This document shows, piece by piece, positions 46,847 through 61,987 of a stretch of 64,000 nucleotides of DNA. Source of the stretch: Dictyostelium discoideum (taxonomy: Eukaryota); assembly GCA_000004695.1 (NCBI GenBank), contig CM000151.3, positions 5,408,001 through 5,472,000 of the forward strand. The letters run 5' to 3'. The first letter of the stretch is position 1. Each line of letters opens with the position of its first letter. Made by a program: the position numbers and the translations under genes. The notes beneath the pieces were generated by a model. The model saw only the letters and a list, made by a program, of their open reading frames with translations, had not been told where the DNA came from and made no database searches.

Positions 46847-48469
46847 TTAAAATTTTAATAAATTTAAACCTTGTTTAAAAACTATATCAATTGGAATACC
46901 AGAATAATCAATAATAATATCTTCTATATTTAATGTACCCATTTCATTAATCCAACTTTGAGCAGCTTTTTTATTACCATTACCTTGAATTACTAAAATA
47001 TGATTTACTAATTTTGGAATTGCTAATTTCATTTTATTGAAATTTACAGAGAAATAATTTGTAGTTGAATTCTTTTCAAAAGCACCATATTTATGAAGGA
47101 AATTAAAATTTAAAGTATTTGCTTTTGCATGTGCATTTGATGAACCAAATCTAACTGAACGGAAAATACCAGCAATATAAGAAACATAATTGTCCATTAA
47201 ATCTTTATTTGAAATTAAATTATGCTCAGCTAGATAAGTTATAAAATAAATACCCAAGATATCAGCTTTAGCCTCTTCAAGTGGTGAATAATATACTTCA
47301 AGTGCTTGATGAACACTTGTGCCACTACCATCTACTAAAAATTTAACACCTAAACCATGAGAAATTTCATGAAACATAACATTCTCAAAAAAACCATTTT
47401 CAAAAGTAACATGTTTCAATTGAGTTGGATCAATTACTCTTTTAGCAATTGGCATTAGAATTTCATCAAATTTAGCCTTCATTAAATTTTTAATTTGAAT
47501 TTTACGAGTACCCTTATCAAGTTGAACTTTTGGATCATTTGGTAAATTAATTGCAATATTTTTTGGACCAGCGTTACCAGAACCATAACTTGCAATTAAA
47601 TCATAAACATACATATCACCTTTTGAACTACCACTTTTCTCACTTTTATATTTTTTATCTTCAACTGGTAAATTCTCTTGTAACTCTGGTAACATTGAAT
47701 TATATTTTTTAATTTTTTCACTCCATACTAAATCTTTAATTAATAATTGACTTTGAAAGGATGCTTTTAAACCTTTGAAAGTATCATCATAGGTTTCGAT
47801 TGGACCAATAACAATTTCAATTGGATTATTTGTCATTTCCATCCATGTTATATCACTATCATAATATTGATCATTTGATAAAGCAATTGATCTTTTTTTT
47901 AAATATTCTTTAAATCCTTTATCACTTGAATAATTTGATGCTTTCATTAATAAATTTGATATTTTCATTACTTCAGTTTTATATTCTTGATTATACCAAA
48001 TACATTTTAAATTTTTACTTTGACCATTATCTCTTCTTAAAACAGTATATGAACTTTTTTTTAAACTATTATTAAAATTATCAAATTCATCTTCTGTAAT
48101 ATCCAATGGATAAAAATTTAAAGTTGGTGGTTTATTACCAATACCATCAATAAATGAATTATCGTTATTTAATCTATCCCATGGTCCATAATTTATTGAA
48201 CAATATTCTCTAATATCTTTATCTTTATAATTTACTAAAAATTGTTGTTTGCTTTTACCCAATGTTTGTTTCCAAAATATATCATCAACAATTTTTGATG
48301 CATTAAATAATATCTCTATCATTAATTTATCATTTTTTGATAAATAACTGATATCTTTCTCTAATGATATTACAGAATATTGATTTATTAATTTTTTAAA
48401 ATCAAACTTTTCTTTTGCTAAAATTAAATTTAAAGATAATAATATTATAAAAAATATTATTATTTTCAT
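46847..48469 (-). CDS. Secreted zinc metallopeptidase, M49 (dipeptidyl-peptidase III)-like, 540 aa, single exon.
   Basis: Signal peptide MKIIIFFIILLSLNLILA, HExxH zinc motif VMFHEISHGLG and, about 40 aa downstream, the second M49-style motif EEAKADILG (compare the DPP III pair HELLGH...EECRAE). Confidence 0.5.
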   Translation of the reverse strand: MKIIIFFIILLSLNLILAKEKFDFKKLINQYSVISLEKDISYLSKNDKLMIEILFNASKIVDDIFWKQTLGKSKQQFLVNYKDKDIREYCSINYGPWDRLNNDNSFIDGIGNKPPTLNFYPLDITEDEFDNFNNSLKKSSYTVLRRDNGQSKNLKCIWYNQEYKTEVMKISNLLMKASNYSSDKGFKEYLKKRSIALSNDQYYDSDITWMEMTNNPIEIVIGPIETYDDTFKGLKASFQSQLLIKDLVWSEKIKKYNSMLPELQENLPVEDKKYKSEKSGSSKGDMYVYDLIASYGSGNAGPKNIAINLPNDPKVQLDKGTRKIQIKNLMKAKFDEILMPIAKRVIDPTQLKHVTFENGFFENVMFHEISHGLGVKFLVDGSGTSVHQALEVYYSPLEEAKADILGIYFITYLAEHNLISNKDLMDNYVSYIAGIFRSVRFGSSNAHAKANTLNFNFLHKYGAFEKNSTTNYFSVNFNKMKLAIPKLVNHILVIQGNGNKKAAQSWINEMGTLNIEDIIIDYSGIPIDIVFKQGLNLLKF

Positions 48470-48889
48470 TTTTATATTTTATTTAAAATAATAATAATAA
48501 ATTAATTTTTTTTTTTTTTTGTAGATATTAAAAATAATAATTATTTTTTTTTTTTTATGCTCCCCCTCTAAAAAAAAAAAAAAAAGTGGTAAGATTTTTA
48601 ATTTATTTTTATAAAAAATATTAATCGTGAGTGGTTTTTGAAGATTATTCGAAAAATTTAAATAAAAGGGAATTATTTAATTAATAATAATAATAATAAT
48701 AATTAATTTGATAATTAATAAATTGACAAACTGAATGTTATTATTATTATTATTTTATTATTATTTTTATTATAATGAAGATATTTTTTTTTTTTTTTTT
48801 TTTTTTTAATGAATAATAAAAATAAAAATAAAATAATAATAATAATAACATACTTAAAGTATGTTGCTGTTCAATTGGTGATGGTACAA

Positions 48890-49230
48890 TTGTAATATGT
48901 TCAATACTCATTTATTTGAGCAATCAACGCCTATAATAAATGGTGGATTCTTTGGCTCTTTTTTGTATCTATATGTAAAACTTTTGCTTTAAAGGAATCC
49001 CAATGATTGGAAAATCCATTGAAGATTAGTTAATTCATTTTAAACATTCTATTTGCTCCATAAACAAAACTTGTTGCTATATTTTTATACTTTTTATTTA
49101 ATGGTTCTACTAATTTATTTTTGTTAGGTCAATAATTTTGAGTTTAACCTGAATAATCATTTGCTGCTAAATATTGATATTTTGAATCTAACCTAACTTT
49201 TTATTTTATTTTTTTTTAATATAAACTTTT
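48890..49230 (-). pseudogene. Degenerate partial copy of the 5' part of the adjacent M49-like peptidase gene.
   Basis: A minus-strand translation with stops, ...VEPLNKKYKNIATSFVYGANRMFKMN*LIFNGFSNHWDSFKAKVLHIDTKKSQRIHHLL*, parallels residues about 40-75 of the intact gene (SKNDKLMIEILFNASKIVDDIFWKQTLGKSKQQFLVNY). It sits directly upstream of the intact copy. Confidence 0.4.
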
Positions 49231-50009
49231 ATTAAAGTCTAACGAGGTAATGAGTAAATAAAAATAAATTTTAAATAATAATAACAATAATAATAATAAT
49301 AAATAATAAAAATAATAATAATATAAATAATTTACCTTTTTTTTTTTTAAAAAAAAAAAAAAATATGAATATTAAGTGTAAAGAGGTAATGAAGATATGA
49401 AATTTAAAAAATAATAATTATCTCTTTCTTGATATAACCTGAAGTAGATGATACTGCATCTTGTCCTCATATAAATTATATAAATGATAAAAAAAATAAA
49501 TAATGAACCGATTGAATATTTTCAAAAAAAAAAAAAAAAAAAAAATTTTGTGACATATTTCATTCAAAAGATCAGATCTCTTTTTTTTTCAAGATTTGAC
49601 ATATTCTTTATATAAATAATAATCCCACCTTTAAAAAATTCATTGATGTCAAAAAATACAAACACAAATACAAATACAAGAAGTTAATTTCAATCAAACT
49701 AAAAAAACTAAAATTTTATTGTCATAAAAATAGTTACTTTCAATTTGTTTTTTTCTTTTTTTACAAATATAATATTAATAATATAATTTTTTATATTATT
49801 ATTAATATTTACTTTTTTTTTTTTTTTTTTAATAAATGGTCCCATTTGTAAATGATGCACACACTTAATTATTTGAATTAAAATAATTTTTGAATAAAAA
49901 AAAAGGGGGTGTGGGAAAATTAAACAAATAAAAGCAAATCTTTGAAGCTTTTTAGATTTATTTCAAAATAAAAAAAGATACATAAAAATTTTTTTTTTTT
50001 TTTTTTTTT

Positions 50010-50043
<34 letters not shown>

Positions 50044-50096
50044 TTCTTCACAAACTTATAAGAAACATCTTTTGCACCTTTCTTTTTTTTTCTTTT

Positions 50097-50127
<31 letters not shown>

Positions 50128-51588
50128 ATTAATTTTTTTTTTTTTTTTTTAATTTTAAAACAAAAATATCTAAAATTTTATTATAATAAAATTTTGTAAT
50201 CGGAGATCACTTAAAGTTTTAAAAAATTTGAAAAAAAAAAAAAAAAATAAAAAATAAAAAAAATAATAGACTAACATTGCATCATAAAATATGAGCACAT
50301 TTATTTATGTGTAATAAATATAACACAATAGGTTAAACTATTAATTAAAAAAAAAAAAAAAAACAAATAAAAATATTAAACAAATAAATAAATAAAAAGA
50401 GAAAAAGACATTAACAATCAATAATCACCACCAAAAAAAAAAAAAAAAAAAAAACAAACCCTCACACCCTTTCTAGGGGAGTTTTCTTTTTTTTTTTTTA
50501 TTAATTAAATATATAAGTGGGAAAAAAAAAAATAAAAAATAAAAAAAAATTAAAAAAATAAAAAATTAAAAAAATTATATTCTGTGTGCTAAAACACACA
50601 CTCACCTAACCTGCATAAATTTGCACTAGTATCACTGCAGACAAAAAATTATAATTTCTCCCCTCATAGTAAATTAATCATACATACTATCAAACATATA
50701 TACTAGATTGATTTGAAGATAATATTAAACCATTTAAATAGCAATATAATAGCAATATATATATTTTTTTTTTTTTTTTTATTATTTAATTAAATAATTT
50801 CCAACTTTTTTTTTTTTTTTTTTAATTTTTTTATTATTCTCTTTGTTTTTATTTTTTATTTTTATTTATTTATTATTTAAAAAAAAAACCAAATATCTCT
50901 TAACGAAAATAAATAAATTCCCACACAGTATCACCATTTTTGGGTAAAAAAAAGATTGTATTTTTTTCAAAACAATAAAGGAATTTATTTATTGATGATA
51001 GTGGGCCAATAATATTAATAATTTATTTATTTTACAAGTAACACCATATTCTAATTTAATGTGCCATTTAATAGGAAATCAACTATAATAATAGTTTACT
51101 TATTTATTTATTTATTTATATATTTCAATCATTTTATTATTTTATCCATCTATAAACTAATAGTAATATTATAAACAATAATAAAAAAATTATAAACCCT
51201 CATTCTGACACATAAAAAAATAAAAATAAAAATAAATAAATAAATATATAAACCATAAAAATTCACACATTTTTTAAAACTAATGATTTTTTTTTTTTTT
51301 TTGATTGTTATAGATTGTTTTATTCCATCATCAAAATAAAAAATAAAATAAAAAATAAAAAATAAAAATAAAAATAAAAATAAAAATAAAAATAAAAATA
51401 AAAATAAAAATAAAAATAAAAATAAAAAAAAAAAAAAAAAAAAAAAAACAATTTGTATAATAATAATAATAATAATATTTGTATATAATCAAAATTTTAT
51501 TTTATTTTATTTATTCATTAAATATTTATTTTTTAATAATAATTTATTGTGTTAAAAATAAATATTATAATTTGTTAATCAAAATAAT

Positions 51589-51697
<109 letters not shown>

Positions 51698-51787
51698 GTA
51701 AATTAAAACATTAATTTGTTTTTAATAATTAAAAAAAAAAATAATTAAAAATTAATAATAATTATAAAAAAAAAAAAAAAAAAAAAA

Positions 51788-55748
<3,961 letters not shown>

Positions 55749-56222
55749 AAATCTAATAAATTCAAAATAAAAATAAATTTAATAATATTTAACAATTATA
55801 ATAAAAAAATTATTAAAAAAAAAAATTAATTCATGTAAAAAAAAAAAAAAAAAAGATATACACGTTATCAATATATTTAATGTCTTTGGTAAATTAAATT
55901 TTTATATATTTTTTATTTTTTATTTTGTTGTTTTAAAAAATTATATGTTAAAATTTTATTTTACTTGATTGAAAATAAAATTTTTATTATAATAAAGAAT
56001 AATGGCACCAGTAAAAATAAAAAATCAAATTAATTTTTAAAAGATTAAATTGTAATCCTTTTTTATTATAATTATATATATATAAATATATTGTGATATA
56101 TGATGCTTTTTTATTTTTTATTGTTTTTATTATTTTAATTCTCAAAGTATGAGATAAAATAATTTATTGATTTTTTATTATTATTATTATTATTTTCTTT
56201 GGGGGTGGTCATTGTTTTTATA

Positions 56223-56336
<114 letters not shown>

Positions 56337-57797
56337 TATTATTATTATTTTAATTTTAATTTTTATTATTATTATTATTATTATTTTTATTTTTATTATT
56401 ATTATTATTATTTTCGTATTTATTCAATAATACATAATCAAAAGATATCAAAAAAAAACAAAAAACCCTTTTTTTATATATAAAAATTTATTTTGTATAA
56501 AATAGCAGTTAAAATTGCTATATGTATAAATTGTTTTATTGTTAACAACATTCTTCACAATATTCTACTGATATTTTATCATTTTGCAATTGTTACTTAT
56601 GATAACACAATATAAAAAAACATGGGCAAACAAATTTTCAAACACCACCAACTACTCACAAAATGTACCCTATTTTTGGTATGAATAATTATTTAATGTA
56701 TGTGTATTTTGGGTTTGTGTGGAAAAATTATATCAACTCTATCTAATTTCAAATTTTATTTTTTTAATTTAATAATATTATTTTTATTTTATTTTATTTT
56801 ATTTTTTTTTTTTTTTGGAATCTAAATATTAATTCGATAATGATATCAAAAAATATTACAAGTAAATTGATTGAGTGGGAAAAAAAAATTTTAACCTCCA
56901 ATACAAGATCCCATCAAAGAATTTAAGAAAAAAAAAAAAAAAAAAAAATTTTATTAGCAATAGTTGGGTGGGTGTGATGTGTGTATTTTGATTATTGATT
57001 ATTAATTACCACAATAGATATGAAATTATCATTTGATTAGTGTGGATTATTTATTTTACATTAATAAAATCATTAATGTTGAATGTGTGGTTAGGGGGTT
57101 TATTCTTTTAATTTTATTTTTTTTTTATTTTTTTTTATTTTTTTTTTCTCTCCCAATAGTTATTGTATTTTAACCGACGTATAATTGTTAATAACGAGAA
57201 ATGTGGGTATATTAGAGTATTATTAAATTATATCTTTATGTACAAGCGTGTATATATTATATATATATATGGATAGGATTTATAGTTTGTGTTTGGGTGA
57301 GAACGTGGGTTAGAGTGAGAAAGAGTGTGGTGTGTTAGTGTGTTTTTTTCTTTTGGTGGGTGTGGGCTTTAATGTAGTGGTTATATCAAAATAATAAAAA
57401 AATTTTAGTGTACTAGTGTGAACTGGTATTGAATTATATGAATTCTACCATATAATTATACAATCATTCAAAATTTGATATTTAATAATTTTTTTTTTTT
57501 TTTTTTTTTTATAATAAATAAAAAAAATAATTATTAAAATAATTATTAAAATAATTATTAAAAAAAAAATAAAATAAATAAATAAAAAAAAAAGTGGTTT
57601 GATTTTTGTATTTCCAAATATTTATTTAATAAATTATTTAAATAAAGATTGATTGCAACATTAAATAAAAATAAAAATAAAAATAAAAATAAATAATTTT
57701 CAAATAATAATAATTATTAAAAAAATTAATAAAAAAAAAAAAAAAAAAAGAAATTAAAAAAATTAATTAAAAATTCGTTGTCGTCTTTACCTTTAAA

Positions 57798-58265
57798 ATG
57801 GATACTTATAAATCTAAAAAATTAAAAATTGATCAAAGTGATGATGCTGGTGTAAATATATTATTGGGTTTAAGTAAAAAATCCAGTCCAATGATTTCAA
57901 CTCCAGTTTTGGGTTCATTATATGGAAAAACTGGTTTTTCATTTCCTTCTCCATTATCAATATCCTCTCCAATTAATTCAAACATTCAAAGTTTACCAAG
58001 TCCTCTATCGTTGTCCTCTTCAACAAATACAACTCCTCACTTGGGTTCCTTATCTTTAAAAAATGGATTTTCTTTACCATCTCCACTTACATTTTCTTCA
58101 CCAAATTTATTAAATGATAACCATTGTCCACCTTCTCCATATTTTTGTTTAGTGAATTTAAGTGCCTCAAGTCCTTCAATTTTTAATAATAATTTAAGTA
58201 ATAGTATTAATAATAGTAATAATAATAATGATAATAATATTAATATTAATAATAGCAATAATATA

Positions 58266-58349
<84 letters not shown>

Positions 58350-59183
58350 TATAATAATAATAATAAAGCTAATTATTTAATAAATAATCCAAATCAACAA
58401 AATAATATTTCATTGGTAAACCCACCATCCCCAATTTTATTAAATTCATTAAGTTCTTCACCAAATATGTCAGGCGAAAATGAACTTTTACCACCCTCAA
58501 CACCCTCATCACCAATAAATTCAAACCCAATAATAAAGGTTACAAATCCAACAAATAAAACAAATACTAATTGCACATTGAATTATTGTAAACTTTGTAA
58601 ATGTGGAACACCCGAGTTCCTTATTAAAAATACAACATGGGGTCATATAATGAGAGTTGTATTTTCATGTTTAAAATTAAATGATCCTGAAAAAGATTTT
58701 TTTAATTTAAAAAAAGAAGTCTATGGATTTATGACATCTCATTGGGAATTATTAAGTGTTTCTGGTGATAAAAGTAAGTTTTTATTTTTATTATTATTTA
58801 GTAAAAAGAAAAAAATAAGGATATTGATTTTTTTTTTTTTTTTTTTGTTTTTTTTTCTCTAAAAATAGAAACTGATAATTGGCATAAACAAATTCAAGAT
58901 ATGTTAAGTCATTCAAAAGATATTTTTGAAAGTGGTATGTCAGCATTACAACAAAATGGTTATTGGAGATTAAAAAAGTATGAAGTTGACTATTGGACCT
59001 TCAAAAAAGAAAAGGTTACAAGAACAAATAAAAGAAAACAAAGAGAGTTAAAGAATCAAGTTGATAACGAAACCATTAATAAAATGTTTATGGAAGCCAT
59101 TTTAAAAAAAGTGGATGTTGATAAAGAGAAAATCGATGAAAATTTAATTAAAAATTTTATTTTAAAAGAATTTGGAGTCCCTA

Positions 59184-59234
<51 letters not shown>

Positions 59235-59245
59235 ATTGTAAATAA
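57798..59245 (+). CDS. Putative winged-helix (forkhead-like) DNA-binding protein with an S/P/N-rich N-terminus. Two exons, join(57798..58773,58869..59245).
   Basis: The C-terminal region ...TWGHIMRVVFSCLKLNDPEKDFFNLKKEVYGFMTSHWELL...|TDNWHKQIQDMLSHSKDIFESGMSALQQNGYWRLKK resembles forkhead helix 1 plus the W-x-N-S-I-R-H-N-L-S...G-K-G-x-Y-W wing pattern (NWHKQIQDMLSHSKDIF..NGYWRL). Intron donor GTAAGT at 58774, acceptor AG at 58867-58868. The ORF ends in a poly(A)-encoded Lys tail. Confidence 0.4.
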
Positions 59246-59401
59246 TTGTAAATAACTATATATTTTTTTTTAATATTAAACTTTTTTTAAAAAAAATTAA
59301 AATAAATAAAAATTTAAAATATTTTAAAATGAAAAAAAAAAAAAAAAAATTCTAACTTTATTTTATTTAATTATTATTATTATTATTAATATTTTTTTTT
59401 T

Positions 59402-61149
59402 TTAAAAAAATGTAAAAAAATTATCTTGATTGTCATTATTATTATTATTTCCATTTAATTTTTTAATTAAATTTTGTTTAAATTGATAATTTTTTATATC
59501 ATCTTCATTTTTATAAATTTTAATTAAATAATTTTCTCTTTCAATTTGATTAAAAGGTAAATGGATTATATTTTCATTTAAATAATGTTTTATAATATTA
59601 TTAATGTTTAAAATTTGATTTTCATAATCGATTTCATTTGATACTAATAGATTTAAATAATTATATTTTGGAATTAAATTTAAAGAATAATAGAGTTTAC
59701 CATTTTCTATTTCTGCAAAACTATTTTCAAATGGCATTATATCATTACCATGAATATTAAAAATTTGTTTCAATTGATAATAATTATAATTAAATGTGAT
59801 TGTATAAATTTTATTCGAATAATCTTTTGATAGTATTAATTCAACCAATTCTTTATAACCTAATAGTATTGCAGATTTTAATGTTTGTAATAAATTTAAA
59901 TTTAAACCTCTATTTATGGATAAGAATTTTTTAAACAATTCAATATCACCACCAAATCCATCAGTATTTTCATTGATAATATTTGAAATATTAAATCTAG
60001 CTTGTTCAAATAAATTTAATTTTTTCATTGTTAAATCAGTTATAGTTTTATTTCCACCAATTAAAACTCTTTTCTTCATGAATGGTATAACTTCGGGAAT
60101 ATTACCATTTATAATTTTAATTGAACAATAATTAAATCTATATCTTGGTGATACAATAACGTCTTTATCATATGTTGATAATAATAAAATTGCAATATCA
60201 GGATCAATAATATCATATTGAATGAATTCTTTATCAAATTCTTTAATTAATTCAGGTTTGTATTTTATAATTATTTTAAATAATTTTAAATTATTTGATT
60301 TAAATAATGAATTCCTTGTTATTGGAATTTTTTGAAAAAATTCTTTTGAAATTATAACATCATATAAATTAATTGAATTTTCATCATCATCATTATTATC
60401 ATCATCATTATTTAAATGCTGTGGTTCTATTACTTGATTTAATTCTTTAATCTTTAAAATTAATAAATTAAATAAAAAATAATCATTTGTTTCAATTGAT
60501 GAATTTATTGATGATAATAATATTTCAAGTCTATCTTGAAAACTATAATTTTCAAGTACTAAATCTAATAATGATTTTGAAAATAATTCTGATTGATTTT
60601 GTATTACTGATATATTATAAATCATTTTAATAATAATTGAAATTGATAAATTAATTTGAAATTTATTTATTAAATATTAATTTAATTGTTGAACCATCTG
60701 AATTAAATGTTGGAATAATTAATAAATTATTTTCATCATTAATTAAACTATTTATATCAATTTGTTTTTCATATTTTTCAATTAAATATTGTATCATCTC
60801 TAATGGTAACCCAAGTAAATTTGATTTTAAATAATAATTAATTTCATTCATATTTTAAAATCTCTATTTCAAATCTTTTTTCTACCATTTTAAATAATTC
60901 TAATTCTTTCCAATTAATTAAATATTCTAAACATTCTTTATTAAATTCATTACATCCAATATTTTGATCGTGTAACATCATTCTATCTTTTAACATTGAT
61001 TGATTTTTGGTTTTAATTATTATTAACAAAGGGAAATTATAATATCCAAATGTTTTATAAAATAATTTTAAGTTAATCTCTTTTACATATTGAAATATTT
61101 TATTCCTTAATATATCATTTTTAAAAACTTTAAAAAATAATTTCATCAT
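59402..61149 (-). pseudogene. Uncharacterized Dictyostelium-specific gene split into three consecutive minus-strand ORFs in different frames, a probable frameshifted gene.
   Basis: ORFs 61149..60844 (MMKLFFKVFKNDILRNKIFQYV...), 60851..60663 and 60625..59402 (407 aa) abut or overlap by a few nt with no room for introns. Composition and codon usage are gene-like, and no domain is recognised. Confidence 0.35.
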
Positions 61150-61260
61150 TAAAAATTAAAAATAAAAAAACAAAAATAAAAATAAAAATAAAAAACTAAA
61201 AAAAAAGTAATTAAAATGAAAAAAAAAAAGATATTTTTTAAAAAAAAAAAAAATCTAAAT

Positions 61261-61941
61261 TTATTCAATTTTAATAGTATTATGAGTTTTTAATTCATGT
61301 TGGTAAAAATTAAACAAAGAAATATTTGAATCTAAAATATTTGTTAAAGAATCTAAACTTTTTGTATGATTAATTAAAAGACTCCATCTTTCTCTTTTTT
61401 GGAAATAATTTGCATATCCTATGAAAAATAATCCTATTCTTGGTATTAAAACTAATTTTTTAATCTTTTTTTTTTTTTTTTAGAAAATAAAAATGTTAAG
61501 TATTAAAGTAAGAAGGAAAATTTTTTTTTTTTTTTTTTTTTTTTTAATTTTAATATACATACAGTTCTTTGATCAGATTCACACCAATAACTCTTTGAAT
61601 TATCACCTTTTGTTCTAACTAATGACACTATTAAATAACTAAAATGATAATATTGAGCCATTTCAATTGGTAAAACATTGATAAAGGGTAAATCTAAAAT
61701 ATTCTTTTTGATTAAATTTCTTTGAGCTTCAAATGGAGAAACGATTACAATCTCTAATGGGTCCAATTTTAAAGTTTTTAATAAAAATCTAACTAATTTA
61801 CAAACAAACTCGCATTCTTTAATATTTGTAAACTTTTGAATCATTTCTTTGTCATCTAAATTTTCATTATCCATAATTTCTAAACTTTCAATTGATTCTA
61901 AATTAAAAAATGAAAATATTGGTTTTTCCTTTTTGTGAAAG

Positions 61942-61987
<46 letters not shown>

